Below, piece by piece: positions 7,230 to 14,979 of a DNA stretch of 17,075 bases. The notes beneath the pieces were generated by a model. That model did no database searches. It was not told where the DNA came from and saw nothing but the letters and a program-made list of their open reading frames with translations. Numbering within the stretch: position 1 is the stretch's first letter; every line of letters starts with the position of its first letter. This DNA is from Elusimicrobiota bacterium (GTDB lineage Bacteria > Elusimicrobiota > Elusimicrobia > O2-12-FULL-59-9). Location of the stretch: assembly GCA_016206405.1 (NCBI GenBank), contig JACQRQ010000269.1:1-17075 (forward strand), read 5' to 3'. The translations under genes and the position numbers were made by a program.

Positions 7230-8030
7230 TTAAGTCTGCTCCATCGCCGGGACTTCCATCGTCGGGCGAGCTTCCGGCAGGGTCTTTTTCTCCGCGTAGG
7301 CCAGAAGGTGCATTTCAATGAGATAGGGGGGCTTGGATTCCATGATGTCGAGCACCCCCTCCACCAGGATTTCCAGCACCAAAGTTTCCTGAATCGCCCG
7401 GGTCCGGATTTTTCCGGCCACGGGGACGAACAGCAGATTGGCGAGAGAGATGCCGTAGAAAGCCGTGCTGATGGCCAAGGCCATGGCCGCGCCCACCTTG
7501 CTGGGGTCGGAAATCGTCCGCAGAACTTGGATGATTCCGAGCAAAGTCCCCAGCAGCCCGAACATCGGCGCCAAAATACCCATCGTCCTGAAAAGGTTGG
7601 CGTCCTCCATCTGGTTGAAGCGCTTCTGGCGGATGTCCTCGCCCAGGATGCGCTTGGCCTCCTTGACCTCCCCCGAGGTGATGGCGATGGTGATGGCGCG
7701 GTTGAGTTGGCCTTCGGCGAATTCGCGCCCCTCATCCTGGAGCTCGATGAGCCCGCCCCCCGAGCGCGCCTTGGTCGCCAGCCGCACCACCTCCGCGATG
7801 GTCTCCGGGACGGAGGGAAAGCGCGTCGCCACGAACAAGGACATGAGGTTCTTGAAGGCTTTGACCAAATCGTGAACGGAGCTGTTGATGAAAGTCGCGG
7901 CCAGAGTGCCGCCGAAAACGATGATGATGCCGTGGGTGTTTAAAAACGTGGTTCCGGCGCCGGCTTGGATGACGCCCCAAACAAGGACGCCGATGCCTCC
8001 GGCAAAACCGATAAGCGTCGCGAAGTCCAT
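7230..8030 (-). CDS. motA: MotA/PomA-type stator proton-channel subunit (4 TM)
   Basis: The track start at 8036 is TTG; the ATG at 8028-8030 (MDFATLIGFAGG) lies 2 nt after the upstream TGA (8033-8035). Two N-terminal TMs, a cytoplasmic loop (LATKARSGGGLIELQDEGREF), then TM3 with GILAPMFGLLGT and TM4 with LANLLFVPVAGK, both prolines in the expected places. Confidence 0.88.
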   Translation of the reverse strand: MDFATLIGFAGGIGVLVWGVIQAGAGTTFLNTHGIIIVFGGTLAATFINSSVHDLVKAFKNLMSLFVATRFPSVPETIAEVVRLATKARSGGGLIELQDEGREFAEGQLNRAITIAITSGEVKEAKRILGEDIRQKRFNQMEDANLFRTMGILAPMFGLLGTLLGIIQVLRTISDPSKVGAAMALAISTAFYGISLANLLFVPVAGKIRTRAIQETLVLEILVEGVLDIMESKPPYLIEMHLLAYAEKKTLPEARPTMEVPAMEQT

Positions 8031-8032
8031 GC

Positions 8033-9538
8033 TCAAGCTCCCAAGGTGATTCTGCCGGACTGCTCCATGCCGCGCACGACCTGCATGAAGCGCTTGCGCT
8101 CCGCTTCCTGCTGCGCGGCCGAGCTCTGCCGGTTGAGCTCATCGGCCAACACGCGGTGCAAGGCTTCCGGCAAGGCCGCCATGGCCGTCGTCTGAAGGTC
8201 CTTGGTCAGCCCCTTGAAAACGGTTCCGAGAGCCACGCGCTGGCGATAGGCTTCCCATAAAACGCTCTGCAGGGTGTTCTTGTCGAGGCCGATAATTTTT
8301 TCCACCGTCAGCATCCGGCGCTGAATGTCTTCGACCAGCTCGGGGTGCTCGATGCGCATTTCTTCCATCATGGCCCCTTGTTTTTCGGCCGCCTGGGTGT
8401 CCATGATCAACAGGATCTGGTCCACGCCGCCGACGATGGATTTCACCTGGTTTTCCAGCTGCCGGCTCAGGTCCACGACGGCCTCCGGCGAGATGGTCCT
8501 GGGGGAGGAGAGCAAAATGAAGACCTCCCGCTGCATTTCCGGGCTCAGGGAATCGAGAAGCTTGGAGGAGATATTGGCCGGCAGATAGGCGGCGACCGTG
8601 GCCAGGATTTGGGCGTCCGCTTCCGCCAGCACCAAGGACAGCTTGGAAATATTGTCGGCGTTGACGAAGGCGAAGGGCGAGGCGGCGCCGTCTTTTTGCT
8701 CCAAGAGCCCCGCCGCGCCGCCGCCCAGCGTCGGGCCGCCGCCGGCGCCCGCTTGCGGAAGCTGGCGCATCTCGTTGAAGCCCTGCTGAATTTGAAGAGG
8801 GGGGAGATTTCCGCCGATGCGGCCTTCCACGCTGAAGTTTTCCGCCGATTGAGCGAAGCGGTTGAGAAAGGTCCTGACCGGGCCGAACAAAAAGGCGGTC
8901 AGCATCAAAAGGCCGAAGACCCAGAACACGAACGGATTTAAATTATTCTTCCAGTACAAGAATTGCTCCCAGGAATCCCGGCGGAAAGCGATTCTTTCGA
9001 TGGCCAGCCCATCGCCCCGGGCGGCCTCCAGGCCGATCAACATCGGCAGGACTTTTTTCAAGTCCTCGATTTTCTCATCGGTGACGGCTTTGGGGACGAT
9101 GATGCGCACGCTCATGCTTTTGACGTAGTCGGAGGGGATCTTGACGGTCTGGGCGATCTGCTGCGTGAGCGGTTGAACGCCGGCCTTGACCCCGCCGGCT
9201 TCTTGGCGGAACTCCTGGGGCAGGAAGGTTTGGGTGATTCCCGGCATGGCTTGATCGGCGCCCGGGTTCTTCTCGTCCGTTTTTCCGGTTTTGCCCTCGA
9301 GCGGCTCCACGACGCTCCTGGTCTCCTGGGTCATGTTGAAATCCACGGTGATCTTCACCCAAATCAGAAAATCCTCGTTGCCCAAAAGCTTCTGCGTCAC
9401 CCCGCGAACTTTCTCCGTCAAGGCGTTTTCCAAAAGAATGCGCTCCTCGACGCCCAGCGTGGCCCCCAGCTCCCGGCACAGCGCCGGAAGAAGCGACAGC
9501 CCGGCCAGAAAAAGCATCCGCCTCGTTTTTGCTTTCAT
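8033..9538 (-). CDS. Chimeric FliF-like / FliG-like membrane protein: N-terminal signal/anchor, reduced FliF-type periplasmic region, one TM, Gly/Gln-rich linker, then FliG middle and C-terminal domains
   Basis: FliG_C-like: ELVEDIQRRMLTVEKIIGLDKNTLQSVLWEAYRQRVALGTVFKGLTKDLQ...LPEALHRVLADELNRQ...AERKRFMQVVRGMEQSGRITL, which matches the remembered FliG pattern (MFxFEDL..LDDRxIQxxLRE..LAxALKG..EL....A..xLxEDL....ee.Q..Il......L...GeI). FliG_M-like: YLPANISSKLLDSLSPEMQREVFILLSSPRTISPEAVVDL. FliF C-terminal-like: MSVRIIVPK...IEDLKKVLPMLIGLEAARGDGLAIERIAF (RGD codons 9011-9019), followed by a TM (PFVFWVFGLLMLTAFLFGPV, about 8876-8938). The track start at 9556 is TTG; the ATG at 9538 (MKAKTRRMLFLAGL) is preceded by GGGAG. 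Confidence 0.75.
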   Translation of the reverse strand: MKAKTRRMLFLAGLSLLPALCRELGATLGVEERILLENALTEKVRGVTQKLLGNEDFLIWVKITVDFNMTQETRSVVEPLEGKTGKTDEKNPGADQAMPGITQTFLPQEFRQEAGGVKAGVQPLTQQIAQTVKIPSDYVKSMSVRIIVPKAVTDEKIEDLKKVLPMLIGLEAARGDGLAIERIAFRRDSWEQFLYWKNNLNPFVFWVFGLLMLTAFLFGPVRTFLNRFAQSAENFSVEGRIGGNLPPLQIQQGFNEMRQLPQAGAGGGPTLGGGAAGLLEQKDGAASPFAFVNADNISKLSLVLAEADAQILATVAAYLPANISSKLLDSLSPEMQREVFILLSSPRTISPEAVVDLSRQLENQVKSIVGGVDQILLIMDTQAAEKQGAMMEEMRIEHPELVEDIQRRMLTVEKIIGLDKNTLQSVLWEAYRQRVALGTVFKGLTKDLQTTAMAALPEALHRVLADELNRQSSAAQQEAERKRFMQVVRGMEQSGRITLGA

Positions 9539-9609
9539 GGGATTATGCGCTCCCAACGGAATTCTTCAACGGCTTTGAGGGCCGTCGCAGGAGCTCGGCG
9601 CACACTATA

Positions 9610-9638
9610 AGGTTAAGCGGATTGTGCGAAATTGTCAA
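9610..9638 (-). promoter_or_regulatory. Candidate sigma70 promoter for the fliF/G-like, motA, motB operon
   Basis: Minus-strand reading: TTGACA (9638-9633), 17-nt spacer, TAACCT (9615-9610), with TATAGT immediately downstream. About 70 nt upstream of the ATG at 9538. Confidence 0.35.
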
Positions 9639-9720
9639 TACCAAGGGGAAAAGTGGAGTCCGCAAGCGTTTTTTGGGTAGAATGTGGGCGGCTTTGAAAG
9701 CCCCCGGCAGGAGACACCCG

Positions 9721-11085
9721 ATGAGCGGAAAAATTTCTCTAAAAGAGCTTGCGGCGCAAATCCGCAAAGACGAAATCGACACCGTGCTGGCCGTTTTCCC
9801 GGACATGCAGGGGCGCTGGATGGGCAAGCGGGTCACGGGGAGATATTTTTTGGACAACGTCATGGAGAGCGGGCTGCATGCCTGCGCCTATCTCTTGGCG
9901 ACCGACGTGGACATGGAGCCCCTTCCGGGCTTTGAGTTCGCGAGCTGGCAGACGGGCTACCAGGATTTCCACATGCTCCCGGATTGGGGAACCTTGAGGA
10001 TGATTCCATGGCTGGAAAAGACGGCGCTGGTGGTCTGCGACGCGGCCGCGGAAAACGGCGCGCCCGTTTCCATAGCGCCGCGCAGCATCTTAAAGCGGCA
10101 AATCGAGCGCGCGGCGCAAAAGGGGCTGCGGCTTAAAGTGGCCTCCGAGCTTGAATTTTTCTTGTTTAAAGAGACGTATGAAACCGCCCAACAGAAAAAT
10201 TACCACGGCTTGGAGCCCTTCGGCCATTACATCGAGGACTATCACGTCCTGCAGGGCAGCAAAGAGGAATTCCTGATGCGGGCCATCCGCACGCAGATGG
10301 AGGCGGCCGGGGTTCCGGTGGAGTTTTCCAAGGGCGAATGGGGAAAGGGCCAGCATGAGATCAACCTCCGCTGCGCCGATCCCCTGGAGATGGCCGACCG
10401 TCATTCGATCTACAAGACGGGCGTCAAAGAAATCGCGATGTCCAAAGGGCTCGCCGTGACCTTCATGGCCAAATACGACGGCCGGCAAGCCGGCTCCAGT
10501 TTTCATCTGCACGCGAGCCTGTGGGACGCTTCCGGGAAAAAGGCCCTTTTCTGGAATGCGGCCAAAAAATCCCCTTCGCCCTTGTTTTCGCATTTTCTGG
10601 CCGGGCAGATGGCTTTGGCGAGGGAGTTTTCCTATTTCTTCGCGCCCCACGTCAACTCCTACAAACGCTACCAAAGCGGCTCCTTTGCGCCCACGCGCAT
10701 CGCCTGGGGGCGGGACAACCGCACTTGCGGCTTTCGCATCGTCGGGGAGGAAGAAAACTATCGGATTGAAAACAGGATTCCGGGGGCGGACGCCAATCCG
10801 TATTTAGCCTTCGCCGCCGCCATCGCGGCGGGCCTCTACGGCCTGGAACGTAAGCTGCCCTTGGCAGGGGAAACGCGCGGCAACGCCTACCTGGCCGAAG
10901 GGGTTGCCGACGTGCCGAAATCGCTGGCGGAGGCGGTGGAGCTGCTGCGCCAAAGCTCGCGGGCGCGCGAGGCCTTCGGCCCGGAGGTCGTCGAGCATTA
11001 CCTGCGCTCCGCCGGCTTGGAGCAGGCCTCTTTCGACGCCGCCGTCACCTGCTGGGAGCGGGAGAAGTTCTTTGAAAGGATATAG
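9721..11085 (+). CDS. Glutamine synthetase family ligase, GlnA-like / gamma-glutamyl-amine synthetase type (PuuA/GlnA3-like)
   Basis: Start trimmed from 9529 to the ATG at 9721, with GGAGA 6 nt upstream. GS catalytic-domain signatures: KGEWGKGQHEINLRCADPLEMAD, GSSFHLHASLW, NSYKRY...FAP..IAWGRDNRTCGFRI and ENRIPGADANPYLAFAAAIAAGLYG. Confidence 0.85.
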   Translation: MSGKISLKELAAQIRKDEIDTVLAVFPDMQGRWMGKRVTGRYFLDNVMESGLHACAYLLATDVDMEPLPGFEFASWQTGYQDFHMLPDWGTLRMIPWLEKTALVVCDAAAENGAPVSIAPRSILKRQIERAAQKGLRLKVASELEFFLFKETYETAQQKNYHGLEPFGHYIEDYHVLQGSKEEFLMRAIRTQMEAAGVPVEFSKGEWGKGQHEINLRCADPLEMADRHSIYKTGVKEIAMSKGLAVTFMAKYDGRQAGSSFHLHASLWDASGKKALFWNAAKKSPSPLFSHFLAGQMALAREFSYFFAPHVNSYKRYQSGSFAPTRIAWGRDNRTCGFRIVGEEENYRIENRIPGADANPYLAFAAAIAAGLYGLERKLPLAGETRGNAYLAEGVADVPKSLAEAVELLRQSSRAREAFGPEVVEHYLRSAGLEQASFDAAVTCWEREKFFERI

Positions 11086-11088
11086 ACT

Positions 11089-11856
11089 ATGCGCTTAAAA
11101 AACAAGGTTTGCCTGATCACGGGGGTCGCCAGCGGCATGGGGCGCGCGGCGGCCCGAAGGTTCGCCCAAGAGGGGGCCAAGGTCGTTGGAACGGACGTCC
11201 AGGCGCCGGCGGGCGAGGCGGCGATGCAAGAAGTGAAAGCGCAGGGCGGCGACGGCATTTTTATCGCGGGAGACATCTCCCGGCCCGAAGACGCCCGGGA
11301 GATGGTCCGGCGCGGCGTCGAGCGCTACGGGCGATTGGACGTCCTCTACAATAACGCCGGCATTTTTCCGTCCGACGACTGCTCGGTGATTAACACGGAA
11401 CCGGAAGTCTGGGACCTCGTCTACCGCGTGAACTTGAAGGGGATGTACCTGATGTGCCGCTACGGCATACCCGAAATCATTCGCGGCGGCGGAGGCTCGG
11501 TCATCAACATCGCCTCTTTCGTGGCGTTGGTGGGCTGCTCGGTGCCGCAGGACGCCTACACGTCGTCTAAAGGCGCGGTCATCGCGCTGAGCAAATCCCT
11601 GGCGGTCCAGTTCGGCCCCAAGGGCGTGCGCTGCAACGCCGTCTGCCCCGGGCCGGTGGAAACGCCGCTTCTGATGCAGTGGCTTTTGAGCAACCCCGCC
11701 GAGAAGGCCAAGCGCATCAACCGCATCCCGATGGGGCGCTTGGGCAAGCCCGAGGAGATCGTCGCCTTGGCCGTTTATCTGGCCTCGGATGAATCCGCCT
11801 GGACCAACGGCGCGGCCATCGTGGTTGACGGCGGCATCACCGCCAATTATTTTTAA
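11089..11856 (+). CDS. Short-chain dehydrogenase/reductase (classical SDR)
   Basis: Contains TGVASGMGRA (TGxxxGxG), NNAG, YTSSKGAV (YxxxK) and PGPVETP. The ATG lies 3 nt after the upstream TAG, with AAAGGA at 11075-11080. Confidence 0.9.
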   Translation: MRLKNKVCLITGVASGMGRAAARRFAQEGAKVVGTDVQAPAGEAAMQEVKAQGGDGIFIAGDISRPEDAREMVRRGVERYGRLDVLYNNAGIFPSDDCSVINTEPEVWDLVYRVNLKGMYLMCRYGIPEIIRGGGGSVINIASFVALVGCSVPQDAYTSSKGAVIALSKSLAVQFGPKGVRCNAVCPGPVETPLLMQWLLSNPAEKAKRINRIPMGRLGKPEEIVALAVYLASDESAWTNGAAIVVDGGITANYF

Positions 11857-11924
11857 GCGGCGGCCTGGCGCCGTTTTGCATAGGGTCCGCCAGTTATTGT
11901 TTGCCAGGCCCTTATTGTGATAGC

Positions 11925-13433
11925 ATGAAACGCGTCATGTCCCCCCAAGCTTCGAAAAAAATCAAGCGCGCCCCCGCCTCAGCTCCGGTCAAATCCCTTT
12001 GGCATTTATGGATCGGGGGAAAGGCCGTCTCGAGCCTGGCGGGCAAGCGCTTCGTCGTGCATAATCCGGCCAACGGGCAAAAGTTGACCGAGGTCGCGCA
12101 GGGCGACGCGGCGGACGTCGACGCGGCCGTGTCGGCCGCCCGCCGAGCTTTCGACGGCCCTTGGGCCAAGTTTGGTCCCAGAGACAGGGCGCGGGCGTTG
12201 TTTAAATTCGCGCAGGCCGTGCGGGATCACCGCGAAGAGCTGGCGCTGCTTGAAACCTACAACACCGGCAAGCCCATCGGCGATTCGCGGGGCGAGGTCG
12301 CCGTCGCGGCCGACTGCTTTGAATATTACGCCGGGGCCGTGACCAAATATTTCGGCAGCACCATACCCGTTTCGGCCACCGGCCTGGATTTTACTCTGCG
12401 CCAGCCCATGGGGGTTTGCGGACTGGTCGTGCCTTGGAATTTTCCCATCATGATCACGGCCTGGAAACTGGCCCCGGCCCTGGCCTGCGGCAACACGGCC
12501 GTGATAAAGCCGGCCAGCTATACCCCGCTGACGGCGCTCCGGCTCGCGCAGCTCTGCGAGGAGGCCGGAATCCCGGAAGGGGTCGTCAACGTCGTGCCGG
12601 GTCCGGGCGACGTGGCCGGGCAGGCTCTCGCCGCGCATCCCGGGGTCGCCAAGATTTCTTTTACCGGGGAGACCGCCACCGGGGAGCGCGTCCTGCGCGC
12701 CGCGGCCGCGACGATTAAGCGGGTTTCCCTGGAGCTGGGCGGGAAATCCCCCAACATCGTCTTCGCCGACTGCGATTTGGAGCGCTGCGTCGAGAAATCC
12801 GTTTTTTCGGTGTTCGGCAACGCGGGGCAGGACTGCTGCGCGCGCAGCCGCGCCCTGGTTGAAAAAAGCGCGGTGGAGGAGTTTGTCGGCCGTTTCGCGG
12901 AGCGCACCCGTAAAATCGTGGTGGGCGATCCGTTGGACGAGGCCACGCAAGTGGGCCCCATGATTTCGCGCCAGCAGCGCGAGCGCGTGCAGGGATACGT
13001 CGCGTTGGGGCAGAAGGAGGGCGCCCGGCTGGTGTGCGGAGGCGGCCTGCCTGAAGACGTCCGGTGGAAGGCGGGACACTTTCTGATGCCCGCCGTTTTG
13101 AGCGAAGCCCGGCCCGGGATGCGCGTGGCGCAAGAGGAGATTTTCGGCCCGGTGCTCTGCGTCCTGGCTTTTGACGGCGAAGAGGAGGCCGTCCGCCTGG
13201 CCAACGACACGCCCTACGGACTTTCCGGCTCCATCTGGACCCGCGACTTATCCAAGGCTCTGCGCGTCGCGCGCCGGGTTGAAAGCGGAAACTTAAGCGT
13301 CAACTCGGCCACCAGCGTTTATTTGGAAGCGCCTTTCGGGGGATTTAAGCGCAGCGGCGTGGGCCGCGAGCTCGGCATGGGAGCCATGGACCTCTACAGC
13401 GAAGTGAAGAACGTTTTCGTGGAGCACGGTTGA
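11925..13433 (+). CDS. NAD(P)-dependent aldehyde dehydrogenase
   Basis: Contains VVPWNFP, FTGETATGE, the catalytic Glu in LELGGKSP, the catalytic Cys in GQDCCARSR, EEIFGPV, and PFGGFKRSGVGRE at the C-terminus. The track start at 11901 is TTG. In-frame ATGs are at 11925 and 11937, neither with a clear SD, so the start is uncertain by about 12 codons. Confidence 0.88.
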   Translation: MKRVMSPQASKKIKRAPASAPVKSLWHLWIGGKAVSSLAGKRFVVHNPANGQKLTEVAQGDAADVDAAVSAARRAFDGPWAKFGPRDRARALFKFAQAVRDHREELALLETYNTGKPIGDSRGEVAVAADCFEYYAGAVTKYFGSTIPVSATGLDFTLRQPMGVCGLVVPWNFPIMITAWKLAPALACGNTAVIKPASYTPLTALRLAQLCEEAGIPEGVVNVVPGPGDVAGQALAAHPGVAKISFTGETATGERVLRAAAATIKRVSLELGGKSPNIVFADCDLERCVEKSVFSVFGNAGQDCCARSRALVEKSAVEEFVGRFAERTRKIVVGDPLDEATQVGPMISRQQRERVQGYVALGQKEGARLVCGGGLPEDVRWKAGHFLMPAVLSEARPGMRVAQEEIFGPVLCVLAFDGEEEAVRLANDTPYGLSGSIWTRDLSKALRVARRVESGNLSVNSATSVYLEAPFGGFKRSGVGRELGMGAMDLYSEVKNVFVEHG

Positions 13434-13447
13434 GGCGAGGAGCCTAA

Positions 13448-14728
13448 ATGACCATACATGAACTGATCAGCTTGGCCGGGACCTTCATCCTGATCGGCAT
13501 CGGCTACGCGCTCTGCGCAAACAAGGCCCGCATTCGTTGGAAGACCATAGCGTGGGGCTGCGCGCTGCAGTTTATCTTCGCCGTTCTGGTGCTCAAAACC
13601 CCGCCGGGCCAATGGTTTTTTTCGCTCATGAACGACGTCATCACCCGGCTGCTGTCGTTCCAGGAAGAGGGCGGCAAGTTCGTGTTCAACGCTTTGGCCA
13701 TACCGCCCGGCGCGGAAGGCTCCATGGGTTTTTTCTTCGCCTTCCAGGTTCTGACCACCATCATCTTTTTCTCCTCCCTGATGTCGGTGCTTTACTACCT
13801 GGGCGTCATGCAGTGGATCGTGCTGTTTTTCGCCAAAATCATGCGCCGGTTTATGGGGACTTCCGGCGCGGAAACCTTATCCGCCTCGGCCAATATTTTC
13901 GTCGGGCAGACCGAGGCGCCTCTGCTCATCAAGCCCTACGTGGCCGAGATGACCGAATCGGAGCTGATGTGCGTCATGGTGGGGGGCATGGCGACCGTGG
14001 CCGGCGGAGTGATGGCGGCCTACGTCGGCATGCTCAAGACTTACTTTCCGGACATTGCCGGGCATTTATTGGCGGCCAGCGTCATGAGCGCGCCCGCGGC
14101 CTTGGTGATGGCCAAAATCATTATCCCGGAAACCGGCCATCCCAAAACCATGGGGACGGTCAAGCTTGAATATAAAGACCCATCCATCAACGTCATCGAG
14201 GCCGCGGCCAACGGCGCCGCCACCGGCCTTCAACTGGCTTTAAACGTCGGCACGATGCTCATCGCCTTCATGTCGCTTCTGGCCCTGGCGAATTTCATGA
14301 TCAGCTCGGCTCTGGGACATTTGGGATTTGCGGGCATGACTCTGGAAAAGCTTTTGGGCTACGCCTTCATGCCCCTGGCGTGGATCATGGGCACTCCCTG
14401 GAAGGACTGCATGATCGTGGGTCAATTCATGGGCGAAAAAACCGTCTTAAACGAATTCGTGGCCTACCTCCACATGGCTCAATACGCGGCCGCCCATCCG
14501 GGGGAACTATCTCACCGGGCTTTCGTCATTTCCACCTACGCGCTTTGCGGATTTTCCAACTTCCTTTCCATCGGCATCCAGATCGGCGGCATCGGGGCAT
14601 TAGGACGGGACGACGAAGAGCGGCAGAGACTGCGGCAAAGCCTGGCCCGTCTAGGAATTAAAGCCCTCATCGGCGGCAGCCTGGCCTCCTTCATGACTGC
14701 CACCATCGCCGGCATTCTCGTGCCGTAG
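13448..14728 (+). CDS. nupC: NupC-family concentrative nucleoside (CNT) transporter
   Basis: 426-aa polytopic protein. N-terminus IRWKTIAWGCALQFIFAVLVLKT, central NIFVGQTEAPLLIKPY, and C-terminus YALCGFSNFLSIGIQIGGIGAL are characteristic CNT/NupC blocks. The ATG lies 14 nt after the ALDH stop, with GAGGAG upstream. Confidence 0.85.
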   Translation: MTIHELISLAGTFILIGIGYALCANKARIRWKTIAWGCALQFIFAVLVLKTPPGQWFFSLMNDVITRLLSFQEEGGKFVFNALAIPPGAEGSMGFFFAFQVLTTIIFFSSLMSVLYYLGVMQWIVLFFAKIMRRFMGTSGAETLSASANIFVGQTEAPLLIKPYVAEMTESELMCVMVGGMATVAGGVMAAYVGMLKTYFPDIAGHLLAASVMSAPAALVMAKIIIPETGHPKTMGTVKLEYKDPSINVIEAAANGAATGLQLALNVGTMLIAFMSLLALANFMISSALGHLGFAGMTLEKLLGYAFMPLAWIMGTPWKDCMIVGQFMGEKTVLNEFVAYLHMAQYAAAHPGELSHRAFVISTYALCGFSNFLSIGIQIGGIGALGRDDEERQRLRQSLARLGIKALIGGSLASFMTATIAGILVP

Positions 14729-14763
14729 TCCAACCATTTAAATATTCTGGAAGGGGAGCGGGT

Positions 14764-14979
14764 TCAGCGGCGCCTTACGAGAGCCCATAGCAAACTTAAG
14801 ACGACGCTAACGAGCAGGCAGCTCGCCAGCGGGAAGTGGAGGGTTAAATGGCCGCGGCGGAGGTGAAAGTCGCCGGGCAGGCGTCCTAGAAACGGGATTT
14901 TGTCCGCGGCCAGAAGGATGGCCCCTGCGGCCGCCAGGCAGACGCCAAGCAGGATTAGGGATTTGCCCACGGGGATCAC
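14764..14979 (-). CDS. DUF2905-family small membrane protein
   Basis: 71 aa with two TMs flanking the family hallmark FLGRLPGDFHLRRGHLTLHFPL. The GTG start forms a GTGA overlap with the cupin stop (14976-14979). Confidence 0.8.
   Translation of the reverse strand: MIPVGKSLILLGVCLAAAGAILLAADKIPFLGRLPGDFHLRRGHLTLHFPLASCLLVSVVLSLLWALVRRR

Noticed and set aside
6338-7735. 465-aa minus-strand ORF spanning motB and motA in another frame
   Set aside because: Its composition is extreme (Arg, Ser and Pro runs). It cuts across two genes that have clear family signatures in their own frames.
9476-9538. Possible lipoprotein signal in the FliF/G-like protein (LLPALC)
   Set aside because: The residue before the Cys is Leu and position -3 is Pro, which does not fit the L-[AS]-[GA]-C lipobox. 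I treat it as a plain signal peptide or N-terminal anchor.
7308-9610. Plus-strand ORFs of 211, 198 and 215 aa antisense to motA and the fliF/G-like gene
   Set aside because: These have the same shadow-ORF composition (Gly/Asp/Arg/His-rich) and no recognisable domains.
9529-9720. 64-codon upstream extension of the GS-like ORF
   Set aside because: It overlaps the start of the divergent fliF/G-like gene. The GS N-terminal domain begins at MSGKISLKELAAQI, which has a good GGAGA Shine-Dalgarno.
11858-11877. Small hairpin CGGCG-N6-CGCCG followed by TTTT between the SDR and ALDH genes
   Set aside because: The stem is only 5 bp and the T-run is short, so at most it is a weak attenuator. It is not enough to split the operon call.
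12006-13210. 375-aa and 230-aa minus-strand ORFs inside the aldehyde dehydrogenase gene
   Set aside because: Antisense shadow ORFs with low-complexity Arg/Gly/Pro composition. The plus frame has all the ALDH catalytic motifs.
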